DNA of 64,000 nt, taken from assembly GCA_013265495.1 (NCBI GenBank), contig MU058463.1, positions 3,123,523 through 3,187,522 of the forward strand, read 5' to 3'. The notes below the pieces were generated by a model that was not told the origin of the DNA, did not search any database, and worked only from the letters and a program-made list of their open reading frames with translations. The DNA is from Vicugna vicugna (taxonomy: Eukaryota). Made by a program: the position numbers and the translations under genes. Position 1 is the stretch's first letter. Each line of letters opens with the position of its first letter. This document shows positions 38,995-52,100 of this stretch, one piece after another.

Positions 38995-39080
38995 AGATGA
39001 TGTGTATATACATGTATGATATATACATGATGATATATATGAATGTACATATACATGATGTGTACAAAAACATACATGAG
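38995..39080. repeat. Imperfect AT-rich tandem repeat (atacatgatg-like units)
   Basis: 'gatgatgtgtatatacatgtatgatatatacatgatgatatatatgaatgtacatatacatgatgtgtac'. Confidence 0.7.
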
Positions 39081-40174
39081 TAGATTTGAATACAATATTT
39101 GTATAAAATAGATTTACATTAATTTGCATCTATGTATATTAAGCCAATTGTAGAGTTGAGTAGAAATGGTATATTAGAGACAAAAGAATAGAGTTTTGGA
39201 GTGTGAAAAACATGTGAAAAACCATTTCATATTCATTAAAATCATTAGCAGAATTTTATTTTCTCTTTTAGCTTACCTCTGGGTAAATTTCAAAAACCTG
39301 TAATTGAAACTCAGATAATTTAGAAAATTTTCCCCAAAGCTGGTGCCTAATAAGGTGTAAAGCAAGGATTCAAACCCAGAGCCAGTTGGCATATTCTTTT
39401 CTAAAACATTACTGGTGCATTTCCTAATTTACTTAGATTTGCATATAAGAAGTGGTGTACAGTTGATGTCTTGTGAATTAAACCTCTCCTTAACAGTGAA
39501 TTCACTTGAATTTGGAAGAATTCTTACATAGTTCCTTACATTGTATGGTTTCCTTATGTATTCACAGATCCATTGCAATTTCCCACAGAGAGAGGTATTT
39601 GTTATTATAAAGAATGTGTTTCATTGCAGCAAGGAATCAGTAAGCATAAAGTTACAGCATAAACATAAGATAATGAAACTGAGGTTAAAAAACATTGCCC
39701 CTAAAACTATAGTTGTAGCTTCTTAAACTCAACAACTCCAACTACACACTAAGAAGTAAAAGGTTTGAGGGTCTATCACATTTGGAGGGTAAAAGGGATT
39801 CTAACAAAAATTACATGAGAGCTACTGGAGTAAATGGGGACACTCCCCAAACTGATCCCACTATTTGTGAGGGCAATTCTCTGGTGATGTAAATTTCATT
39901 CTGCATTTACATCATTGCATGCAATCAACTTATATTTGCAAATATTTTAGGAACAAGTTAGAATCATGGAAGTATCAAAATTGTTTTTAATTTTGTAGGC
40001 AAAGCAAACCAGAAATAGTCAAACATATGACAAAAAAAAAAATACAAGACACTCCAAACTTGTAAGATAAGAGAGAGGGGTGAAAACGAAAATAACAGAT
40101 ATTTTTTAAAGTATTATTGTTGATAGGTGAAGGGAGAAAGCACTGAATAAATATAAGCCTAGTAAGAAAAAAGC

Positions 40175-40400
40175 TGTTATTATTGTTCTTCCATTGATTA
40201 CTTACCATGTACTAGAAACTATTATGTGCTGCACAAACATCTAGTGGAATTATCATAAAAATATATGAGCAAACTGTATCATCCATAATTTATATGAAGA
40301 AACTGAGGCTAAGAAAGATAGTAATTTTCTAAAGCCAACTTGGAAATGGCACAATTGAGATTTAAAACTAGGTCATTTTTTCTCTAAAGCCCATGCCTTT
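40175..40400 (-). mobile_element. MIR SINE
   Basis: 'tttatatgaagaaactgaggctaag...ggaaatggcacaattgagatttaaaactaggtc...ctctaaagcccatgc'. Confidence 0.7.
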
Positions 40401-40884
40401 CATCAAAATGTCCAAAGAAAAACATCTTGGTATCATACGTTAAGTCATGCACTCAAATGAATTACCCTTAATGTTATCACATGTGATGTTTGATCTATGA
40501 TTAAAAGCAGGCAATACACTTACTTAGCAAGGTCATTAGATGAGGATTCAGAATATGAAAGCCTGCTTCTGGTCTTTAGACTCTTCGGGTGGAGTTAGGC
40601 AAGTCCCTGGTACTTTACCCGGTTTCCTTATCTATAAAATCTGTTAAGTCACTCAGTACACATTTAGGGAGCCCATTTTTAACCCAAGGCTTTGATTTCT
40701 AACGTTGTGTGGAACCCAGAAATGAATGAGATATGACCCCAAGTCTGTATTAAAATTGCATTTGGAATAGCTGTGGCTTCTACAGAATTATTAGAGGAGT
40801 TTTGATGTATGAAGTAATATTTAAAAAAAAAACTTATGAATTGTGGAAATCAAATCCTAACTTAGAGAATGTTAATATGTCTTG

Positions 40885-41085
40885 GGTGCTTAAAATCTGT
40901 CATATTATCTAATTAAATCATCATCACTATCCTGTGAGATAGGTATTATTAACTAATTTATAGATGAGGAAACTGAGCCTCACCTATAATCAAGAGATTA
41001 AATTACATTCTCAATTTAGCATAACCTGAAAGAAGTAAAATCAAGGATAAAATTTAGGTCTATCTTAATCCCAGATCTATGTTTT
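40885..41085 (-). mobile_element. MIR SINE
   Basis: 'cctgtgagataggtattatt...tttatagatgaggaaactgagcctc'. Confidence 0.75.
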
Positions 41086-41087
41086 CC

Positions 41088-41290
41088 ATTCATTCATTTA
41101 TTAAACCAACATTCGTTGAGTGCATAATAATATGTCAGGTGAAACTTACAGTCTAATGGGAAATCATGCATTTTAAAAATATACATAATAAATACAGCAG
41201 TATAAATTGTTAAGTGTGAGAAGGGAAGTTTCAGGGTACGATGAGAATTAATAAGAGGGAAAATAACTTAGACTGGGTTGTCAAGGAATG
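41088..41290 (-). mobile_element. L2 3' end
   Basis: 'cattcattcatttattaaaccaacattcgttgagtgc...cttacagtctaatggg'. Confidence 0.6.
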
Positions 41291-43189
41291 AACCACAAGG
41301 AAGAGCTTAAACTCTGAGATAATCTAAATTTCAATGCTGGCCTCATGTCAGCTTGATGACATTGTCAATTATTAAGCAGAACTCTGTACAGTTTGGTCAA
41401 TTCAATAACATTAGGCCAATGGTAAGGTTTAGGAAATGCAGTTATGTTTATATTAGTGTATACTCTCCTACCTGTGCAGTGACAGGCAACTTAATTGATA
41501 TGTGAAAGTGCTTTGGATAATATGGGTGTGTATGTCGGGGGCAGGTGGGGGAAACAATGGAGGGCATAATTCAAGGTAGTCAATTCACTGGTTGACAGTC
41601 CCTGCTCGCTTCACCTTTGGAGCAAGAAATTGCTATCTTCACCTTGTGTGATGAATTGTTATTTTCCACATGTGGGATTTAGTTTTCTCCTTCTTCTCCC
41701 ACCATCTTTGCAAATCTGCTTGCCTCATAGCAGGGTTCTGAGGGTTAATCATTTATTTAGTGTGTAGAAAAGTACTCTGGGCATCTCAGAAGAAATATCT
41801 TATAGGGTAGAGAATAAATAATACAACAATAACAAGCTAGTGCATTGTAGTTGGTGTGCACCTCTCATCTCCAGTCCTGCCTGGACCCCACCAGTTAGTT
41901 ATTTCTCCATGGGCAGGCAGGGTAAATTAATCAAGTAAAACACACACATTATTCCTGGCTCAGCGCGTTCGGCCAATGGATAATAGGAGAAGGGCTCTGA
42001 AGAGTTGAACTGAAAGAGGGAAGATAAACAGAAAAGCAAGATGATCCAAAAAGTGCATTCTTAACTTTTTTATTGTTCAAGGAGATCTTTCCAGACCTTT
42101 CACAGGGGTCCAGCAGGGCACTGTGGGCTCTGTTTCTTTTTTATGGGTTCTGAACCTCTATTTTTAGCTTACTTTCAAACATGCACTAGTGACCTGCTGA
42201 ATGTCTTTTAAAAGTTGAGGTGTAAGCACTTTTCTCCTCCAGTAGATTGACATTAGTAATCTCCAGAGACAGATCCATAGACCAAAAAGACATCCTCAGC
42301 AGGCATAGACCCATGAAACTAACTGTTCTCTTCCCTATCACACAATCATGAACATTGCTACCTCCAACCTCTCTTCGTCTGGGACCAGGAAATCCTGCCA
42401 CATGAGCACAGAACCATACAAAATGGATAAATCACCCATAGAGGCCAATCAGATGTGAACTGAAGTTCAGTTAGGGCGTAGGAAGCCTCTCCTCCACTCA
42501 CAGCCCCGTTTTCTGATTCCATCCAGATCCCTCAGAGGGCAAGCCTGCAGTGAGGTCAATTCATGGCCATCAAACCAGTGCAAACCCAAAGTCACTTACA
42601 ACCACCTTCTTGTGGAGATGCCTCTGTTAAGCTGTCAACAGTCAGAGAAGGTCTTTCGCATTCTTGGAGGAGTTAGTTCAGTCCATTTCTGGCTTCTTTC
42701 CTGACTCTTTCCCTCTGGGAAAGTAGGGATTTTGATGGAAGAAAGAGGGAGAGAAGGAAAAGGTAACTTTTGGTACAGAGGCCATTTGAGAAGGCAAGTA
42801 GAAGGTCTAACTCTCTAGAGTCTCTCTTGAAATAATGAGAGCCTCATCTGTTTCTAAGAGAGAATCAGAGTCTGAGCCAAAGGTGACACAAAGGCCATCG
42901 CCAGGCAGGGGAGAAGTCACACCACAAGAGCTGGAGAGGGTGGCCCAGGCTCCCGATGGCAATGTTGTGAAGGTTTGAAACCGTGTCTACTATCAGCCTT
43001 TCCTAGTAACCTGGGGCCCAGATTGGGGGCCTTACTAGCAACTGCTCATTTCTACACCTCCAAATAAATAAAAGCTGCTCCACTTCTTCTGTAGCACAAT
43101 TTTCCTACATTTTTCGCTAACTTTTGCCACACACCTCAGCATGTCCCTCTAGCATCCTGCTCTGCAAGAAAAGAGTGGAGGTGGTGGCT

Positions 43190-43208
43190 GGGGGTGGGGA
43201 GGGGAGGG
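43190..43208 (+). other. Canonical G-quadruplex-forming motif
   Basis: GGGGG-T-GGGG-A-GGGG-A-GGG: four G-runs with 1-nt loops. Confidence 0.6.
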
Positions 43209-44704
43209 CCTGCCTGTCTCCTGTCCTGAGACTGACTCATCTTTGAACTCAGAGGAGTGAGCCAGCTGTCACCATAGTCTAGCTGTCTGGTGACCAGGCT
43301 TCACAGGGGCAGGCTCGAGGGGAACGGGGTGGCAGCAGCCCAGAGCAATTCTAAGGAGGATTTCTAATGCCTCTGGGAGTTGGAAAGGGGTGCTTATTAG
43401 GGGAGAGCCCGAGGAGGGAAAGCCTGTGCAGGCAGCTGAGTAGAGTTCTGCTGGAGGGTGGGGCTCAGGATGTGTTCATGGCCAAGCTGCTGGAATGATT
43501 TGGGAGCAGAGATGGGAATGAGAGGAGTGAACCTTGCTTCCCTATGGGCCTAGGAAGGTGACATTGCATGTCCCCTGGGCATGGAGATGAGGGAGGAGTT
43601 GCATCTCACCAAGCCATTTCCTACAGATGGTTGACCATCACTGGCTAATTCTACCCAGCAGGGAGGAGAAAGCACCCTCTCTTGAGCTCCCTAAGGACAG
43701 GTGGCACTGGCTGAGTGACAGTACGCCTTTGGGATCCATCATGAGAATCTGGAGCAGCAGCCTCATCCTGGCCCATTGCTGTGGGGCTGAGTGAGCCCTA
43801 CAAGAGGTTTTGCCCAGGCCTAGGGGTCTAGCTGCTCCTCCATCCATCAGCTCCCACTTTTCTCAAGCCCACTTCTCTCCATGGAGCCATCCATAAAATC
43901 ACCAGAGTAGATTCTTGTCTATGACATGAAATTATTAATTTTACCCTCCACTTTCAAACAGAAAAGAAAGTAGCCTGCTGTTCAATAGATTAAGTATTTG
44001 TGGAAGGAGAGGTGGATTGTAACATTCGTCAGTTGAAGAAATCAATAATCCAAATATTAGCAGTCCTCATAGTCTCTCAATAGTTTCACGTTCAATACTC
44101 CTTACTCCAGAAAAACTTCATTTCCTTTGGTGAGAAATCTCCATGTCTGAGGAATATGGATCCCATGCCTGAGGCAAGGGTTACATGATTCTAAAAACTA
44201 AATAGTTTGTAGTCATATGAAATAGCCTGTTTAATTTCCAATATTGAAAAATGTTGGGTTTTAATAGTACTGTTAACCTCTTACCATCAAACATAGTTGC
44301 TTATTTATTCATTTAATCACTTAAAGCAATGGATTGGTGGGTAAACAATTATAATATTTCAGTACAATGCAATATTCAACTTTTTCACTCATGCAGATTC
44401 CAGCAACGTGTTGGAAATAGAGTGTCTGGGAAAGTCAGATCAAAACTTCGTGGAAGTATGAAAGGAAAGGACTTATTTCATGTTCTCTGGACGTTTCCTT
44501 CGAGTACACAAAGCAAATTCAATGAGTTATGTAAATTGAATTGAGTTTAATTAAGTGTACTTCTGATGGCATTGGTTTGCTGTCATTTTCTACTCCTGGT
44601 TTGAGCGTCTTGTAGAGAATAAATAGGCTTCTAATGAGGTCCTAGTATTTGCAGATCATTTTAGAATTATCCAAGTGCATTCATAGGTCTAAACTTGTGG
44701 GTCC

Positions 44705-44800
44705 TCTGAAGAACCCTCTTAGGCAGGTAGAACATCTAAATAAAGCAGTTATAACCATTCTCATTTTACAGCTGATGAAACTGAGATCCAGAGAGGAAGG
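44705..44800 (-). mobile_element. MIR SINE fragment
   Basis: 'attctcattttacagctgatgaaactgagatccagagagg'. Confidence 0.7.
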
Positions 44801-45419
44801 GCTGGGCAGACCAAACAAAACACAGGTGTTACCCTCCCCCAATTATTCTGAGCATAATTCAAATGTCTTTTCTTTTTCTTTGTTTTCTTTTTGTCAATGG
44901 TTAATAAGCACTATTTGAAACAAAGCTCATTTTTGTCATGATCAAAAACAATAATTTTGTAACAACTCTGACATCTTCAGATCCTAGCTTTGACTCACTC
45001 CCAGCTCCGGCCCCTGTCCTGATCTCTCTTCCCTCTAAGTCACACGATGCTAATCAATTTGTACTTCACTAGCTGTCACGTGTTCCCCATTGAGGCGTCA
45101 ACATTCTGACCACCAATTTCAAAATAACTTTGGAAAACAATGATAAAAGGTAGATTTTTCTGCTGGAACTAATAGGTATTCCCAGGCAATTCCTTCCATA
45201 TTTTTGCACAGCATATGCTGTTCATAAATAATGTCAGAAGTGGGCCTTCACTCCTTCAGTAAGGTGGTCATTTAATGTAAGTAAATCCACATTAAATATT
45301 GAAGATCAGAAAAAAGCAGCCTCTTCAAAGAGGTAACATTTAAGTGAAAAAAAAAAAAAAAACAACCCCAAGACAACAATGTGTGGAGAGAAGACCAGCC
45401 TGGTGCTGGGTGGCACAGA

Positions 45420-47000
45420 GTTAATGGCTCATAGAGAGCATATACATGTTTTTTAAAGATGTTTTATTGCTTACAAAAGGAAGTAGTCTTGAGAGACTGG
45501 ATACATAAACTGGCTCCAGCCAGCTGCGGCTGTCGGACCAGGAAGGATCCTGTTCAATTAGTGTTGTAAAATAAAATACTTTGTAAAGGAAATAAACACG
45601 ATGCGAGCTAAGATTCATGCTTTCAAATATACACAAGGTTTGAATTTTTAATTAGGGCTGCTAATTACAGTCATCAGAAAGCAGAACAGAATAGATTTTA
45701 CCTTACATTTAGCAGACAAGCCTTCAACCCCAGTGTATTTTTCAATTTCATTAATATTTTATGAAAATGGCCCTTGCAGCTTCAGCCTATTCTAGTCTCC
45801 TACAAAACTGCCCCACATTATGGATGCCAATGCCTTTAAGCCATGTGCATTAGTGTGATGACAAAATGCAAAACAGCGCCTTGTCAACCATCGCATCAAT
45901 TGATTCTATTAGATCGTGTAAAAACAGTTGGGTGTGAGTTATAATCCCAGTGACACTAATGATGAAGCAAGACACGGGCTGAGAACAGCCATTAGCTATA
46001 AGCCAGAAATTAATGATTCTAATATTTTTGAACAAATTAACCTTAATGAACTGGTCTTGCAAATACTGTATTATCTTCAGATAAGTCAGCGAGTGGAACA
46101 ACACTGTTACGTGTACCCGTGGCGAACATATATAAACAGGGATATTAAACAAACACAAACCCTACAAGTATGTGTTTTATGGATTTACCCGTCTCTCATG
46201 CCAGTTTGTGCCTTGGATACAAGATAGATCTAACTGGTCACTCCCCGATTATAACGTAATTGGTGGTGATTGAATATTTTATAGAATTGCCTGTAACGTA
46301 GTAGAAGCTTAAATAAAACATTCCCCCAAAGTTAGAGGATAACGGATTGTCAGAAAATTCAATTTTATATTTAATATACAAAGGATGTTCCTACATGTAA
46401 AGTGAATCCTTTGGTAAAATAATTACTTTTTCCATTATTGTGAAGAATATCACCTCTCCTCATTGTCTGTTCATCTGTTTTGTTAGGTTTGGAGTTTTGT
46501 AAATTGGATTTTCATAATACAAGTCCCACCTGCGGCACTCCTTGGACTGAAGCATCCATTTCCCCTCTGTAAATACTTTGGAAAAGTTCATACAGTGATT
46601 CCAAACTACACGTTGGTGGGATGACTTTGAAAAGGAAAGTAAAGGACAGGCAGGAGCACTTTTGTCAACATTTTCTACACAAGAGCAGGATGCTGTACAG
46701 TACAGTTGTGACCCATTCTCGCATTCCCTGTAATTGTTATCAGTAATAACTTTGACAGACAATTCAAATGGAATACACCTCCCTAAGATGGTTCACTGCC
46801 AGATTCAGCTATAGCTTGAAGAAAAGATGTGATGCTATCTTAACAGTGGTTTTGCTCAGAAATTTCCTGTGTGTTTCCTCCAGACGAGACGACTTTCATT
46901 TTCTCCCTTCACCGCACAAGCTGCACTTAGGTAACCACACTTGTCATCTCAAAAGATTTTTATTATTATTTTTTTAACCAGTGTTTAGTACCTACTCAAA
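45420..47000. promoter_or_regulatory. Putative conserved non-coding enhancer block
   Basis: No recognisable repeats, TAAT/ATTA-rich ('ttaattagggctgctaattacag', 'aattaatga'), with locally retained CpGs (about 11 counted by eye in 45870-46260). Confidence 0.4.
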
Positions 47001-48924
47001 TCTGTGGTCCTAATGGAATGGCAACCCATTCATGAATCCAGCATGAAACTCAAACAGCTAATTTAAAGAAGAGGAAACAAAGGAAAGGCACTTGCCAACA
47101 ACAGTTTGTTGGCTTAACTTTGACTTGCTTTCCTGGGAAGGAAGAAAACAGAATTTTCAATGTGAACTGTCAGCCCTTGTTATGACAGAAGCTCACTAGT
47201 GAGAGCTCCAGAGTCTCCCTTCCATTGGCAGAGAAGCAAAGAAGACTTCCAAACAGAATTCTTTCAAGCTTCCTCTACAACTCCACTTAAATAATTTACT
47301 TTTTATTTTTTCTCAGACTATTCTTTTTAAAGTTGGCTGACATGTGCGTTGACAAGCATGCTTTACTGCCTAAGATGGCTTGTGTATTTGGAAAGGGAAA
47401 AAAAAATCACAAAAAACCCTCCAACTCTGAGAATGAGAAAACTGCTCTATTTACTTTGGGGAAACACAGCTAGCCTGAACTCTGTCTTAAGCTAAGGGGC
47501 ACTAAATATAAATTAATATAAGTAAAATAGCTGCTTTGGGGGAAGGTGGTTTACTAATTTAAGAACCAAACCAGTGGCTGTGTACCTAATTCAGCAAACT
47601 CGCTAGCCATAGAACTGTTAGCTTTAGGCAGAAAGACCTTAAATCCGTTCATTAGAACATAATACATTGTTATTTAATCCATGAAAGCTTAATTTTAAAA
47701 TTCATCCTTTTAAAGTTCTGACAGGTACTAGAGAGTCTGGTAGATGAATAAAATGATGTGGAAATAATGGCTTAAGTGTAGCTGCTGCTGTTCTAAACCC
47801 TTGGTTTCACACTTCAATATTTATGATGATGCTTAGTGACTAAAATAGAAGGCTGGAAAGAAAATAAAATAGAAGGTGGAAAGACAACAGGCTATTCAGG
47901 TCATTCATATACATTTGGATTGTAAATGGAATGACTGACCTGGGCTGGCTAAGTACATTTATATGGATAAAATACAAAAACTCCTGCATATCCTATGGTA
48001 AAAGGATTAAAATTATCTTCTTTTCAGAGAGAATATTTTCTAGACTAGCAAAAAAAGTTTTTAAAGTTTATCTTTTCTGAATAATAGTTTTCAATAAAAA
48101 ATCATTTCTCTTCCTTTACCTCTGAAATTTTCTTATGTAATGTCTTTTGAAAGAGTTCATAGAATTCTACTTGGTTTGCAACTTTGTATTATATAAGACA
48201 TGCTTTATAAGATAACATATTATTAAAGATGCCTTTAGATTTCTTTTTCATAACATCTTTCTCTGTTTTAAGTGTTTCCACTGGTACCGGCAGGGCAGGG
48301 GAACCTGACAGAGAGGATGATGCCTGGCTAAAAAAGTTTGGCGTTAACCACCTCTGGATATCTACAAGGTCTTCACCATTGGATAGGAAAATAGAACACA
48401 GTTATTTACTACCAGACCTGAAGTTATATTCAGACCAAAGCAACAAGCTGCAGAGTTGCTCTAAAATAAATTGCTTGGAAATGTACTTTCAACTTGCAAT
48501 GGAAAATGTTGCTAGAATTATTTTGCGATTATAGTAAATAATGAGCCTACACAAGCCCATTTTTTCCTAAGGACCTAGAAAGCATTTTATTTATAGTGAC
48601 ATACTCTCAGTTTTAGAGTTTATAAATACTTTGTAATCTAAATGCAAATAGTTGGTGCAAACTTTGTTTTTTGATTAGCTGATACTTCAAATACTAAAAG
48701 ATACTGTAAAATCTAGGTGATTCAAAATTTGACATACACTGGTCCTCATCATTCTATCCTGCAACAAATAGACACTTCTAAAAAACAGACTTGGTGGTTT
48801 ATAATCTCTATCTATGCAATAAACTCCAAGTGATTACTTTTATGTTTACATCAATATTTGTCATTCATTCATTTGTTCCTTCTTTTATGTATTCTTTATC
48901 ACATGCACAAAATGAATATTTAGG

Positions 48925-49190
48925 CTAGGCTGTCCTACAGCAATGTGTCATTTGAGAGCTTAAGGTGTGATGAGTCTGAACTGAGATGTGGTATGACAAA
49001 AAAAAGCCAGACCTTTCATTAATTTAAAACTTAATTTTACATTGATTCTATGCTGAAATGACAATATTTTGGATCTACTGTGTTAAATAAAATACAGTAT
49101 TAAAATTAACTTCACCTCTTTCCTTTTCATATGCGATCACTAGAAAATTTAAAGTTACATATGTGTCTTATGTGCTAACCTATAGGGCAG
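48925..49190 (-). mobile_element. MER33 (hAT-Charlie) DNA transposon
   Basis: 'gaactgagatgtg...tgctgaaatgacaatattttggat...gttaaataaaata...taaaattaacttcacct...ctagaaaatttaaagttacatatgtg' resembles reverse MER33. Confidence 0.8.
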
Positions 49191-52100
49191 TAAGCACTGT
49201 GGTAAGCTCGGGAGAGTCTAAGATGGAAACAACAGTGATCTGATCTTCAAGGAGCTTAGTTTAGTGCTGACATGAAAAGTCTGCAGCAAAAATTCCAACT
49301 GCATTGTTTTTCTGTGCCTTAGACATTCAAAGCAAGTGCCTCTTTTATTGTTCTCTTTGTTAAATCAGTATTACTAATATGGAAAAGTCATTTAACACTT
49401 GCAGTGTTCTACAAGACTCCTGGTTTTTGTCAGCACAGAGTTTGGATAAGTTGGGCGTTAAGTCAAACTGGCCAGTTATGCTAACCTCTTCAGGAAGACT
49501 TTCACTCTTTAGGACCTCAGACTCCTGGGGAGGCATCTGGAGTTGGTTGCCCAGCAGTGGTTGTTCTTGCAATTGGCATTCAACATTGTCACTCTGCTTA
49601 CAAGGCTGTTCAGGGACAAGGGTACACTCAGTTGTCTGGGAAGAGTTTTCTTCTGCACAAACCTAATTGGCCAGTACAGAGACTGTAGCTGTGACTTCAC
49701 CCTCATTAGCACTGTTCTTCCACCATTACTGATCTGGCTCAAATCACTAACAGTAAAGTGTGCTGCCCTCCTTAAAAAAGACACATCACGTGGAAAGCTC
49801 TCACTCCATGAAAACAGGAATACCATATTATATCATGACATCACTGGACCATGATAATTATTTTTTGAAACCCTGAACTAGGGAATATAGTTTACTGAGA
49901 AACAGCTTTAATTCTGCTCTAGTCACATGACTTTTATGCAAGTCAGTTAATTTATGCTTGTAATATATACATATATATAAAACTTAGTTTCAGAGAGGGG
50001 TAAAGGAAATTTTGACATTCCTACAATGGCGTTGTCTTTATGACAACTCCAAAATGTTTTGCCTGTGGGAAAAAAGGTGGCATTAGTACTTGGTGGTCAT
50101 TAAGTCCGGGGCAGTCTTGTTAGGATAGACAAATGCATTTGCTCAGTGTGTTACCCTCTGGTCTCTGCTCCCCAGCCTACCACTTGATTGGATAATGGCA
50201 GGGATTGACTGACAAGCGTGACAAAGGCCACAGGGCCATCTCTTTGTGATGGGAATTGATGGCTCTGTACATACAGTCCTTCACCTTCAGTATCTTTCAA
50301 CACCCAATGATTAACCTGAAGTATCTTGGATTTGTATCTATTCTTATTTATTCCCCTTTTACAACTGACACAAGGCCACCAAAGACCACGGTAATCACTG
50401 CAAACATGTTTACTGTTCAGATGGTCAACTGAAATATTTTTTCCTGTAAATTTTGACTAAGAATGCTCATATTATATTTTACTAAAATGTATACTTGGGT
50501 CTATGGCTCCATAGTATATAGTCAATTGTCCAACATGTAACCAACTTAAAATGTTTTGCTTTCCACAAATACAACTACTAAGAATCATTGCTACAATACT
50601 GTTAATAGAAGAAGAAAGTAAGGTTAAGCCCACAATTTATACTTCCCCCCTTAGTTTATGCAATTATGTTATTTATTCTGGATCATCTTCATTATTTCAG
50701 AGAAGGCAAGCCTCTTTTGAAGGACTCTTATCACAATGATAGACAGGATAAGGCTTAATTTCTCAGGTTAAAACTTTTATCAATATGTCTGATGTCAAAT
50801 GTATAAAAATTAAACATTATCTTCATTTTTATATATTTTTCTATTATAATAAAAATTAGCTGAGCTAGCCGCTTTTCAGACAGATAAAGCAAAGTATTGG
50901 CTGAAAGCTTTAGTTAAAACATGCAAACGCCCCTTCAAATATCTTTTATATTCCAGTGGGAATAACACTGATATGACACTTATTTTAGAAAAACTGATCA
51001 TCTAGAAATTCTACAGTTGATTTCAATCAAATCAAAGCCAAATTTAAATTAAAAATCTTTTTAGTCACTTAAAAATGAAAGAAGTTTTTATGTATGTATA
51101 AAAATGAATCGGTTACATGAAAGCTGTATCAGATCGCATCTTGAGAAAATCTTTCCATTTAAACAAACTTATGTTAGTATATGGTAGCATTTCAGTAATA
51201 AACAAAACATGAAAGCAGCAAGGTTAGGTTGAAAATCATGTATATTGCCATGCTATTGAGGTGGTTAATAGCAGCAAAATTCTAATAACTCAATCACAAC
51301 CATATTAAAACTTAATTAGAAAATAAGTTAAATAGTTAATTACATGAATTCACAAGCACTTATACTGTATTATCACTAGGTGAATTAAGAATGAATTACT
51401 GATATTTTCTACTGTTAATACATGGTTAATTAATGATTAAACAGTGTTTTACTGCTCACTCATTAATGATTTATTACAGTTACTTAAACAGTTTCCCAGA
51501 CTCAAGGACCTTAAATAGACATCTTAAGATTACTTTCCAGGTTTACCTTCTTTCTAATGTATTGGTTACTGAATTTTCCATTGTGTTACTCTGATCTCCT
51601 TTCAACTGTGAATATCAAATATCTCGATTTCCTGATGAATCAGAGCTAATCCATTGGTTCATATGAATTCAACCAATAGGACTGAATATGAAAAGAGGCA
51701 CAGATCTCCTGGTGTCAGTTCAGCTCTGCTCTGCTCTCCTCCCCAGGGCCATGCGCCCTTAAATTGTGACTGGGAGAAGGGACTGCAGGACGTTAAATCC
51801 AACTAACAGTCAGCTACGCATCTTAGAATCTGCTCCCTGTTCCAGCATCTAAACTGCCCTCATACTGATGACAGCTCTGCCTGAGAAGAGCACGCTCTCT
51901 AGGTCCGGTTAGGTAAAGTGACCGTCTCTCGGTGGTCGGCTATGATACCATAGAGGGCTTCTCCTGGTCATGCGGCCTGAGGTTCAGGTCAAAGTGGTCT
52001 GTGTATTGCCAGGCATTCTGGCTGTGAGAGAGGGCTCTCTCACCATATAGTTCATTCACAGCCTGCCCTTACCGTGAGACAGAACAGTGATGGAACTTGT

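Noticed and set aside
44398..44560. Acceptor-like 'ttttcactcatgcag|' with short open frames
   Set aside because: No recognisable peptide and no good downstream donor.
52021..52063. Small hairpins ('gtgagagag gg ctctctcac'; ggctgtga...tcacagcc)
   Set aside because: Stems of 8-9 bp are too short for a pre-miRNA and match no miRNA I recognise.
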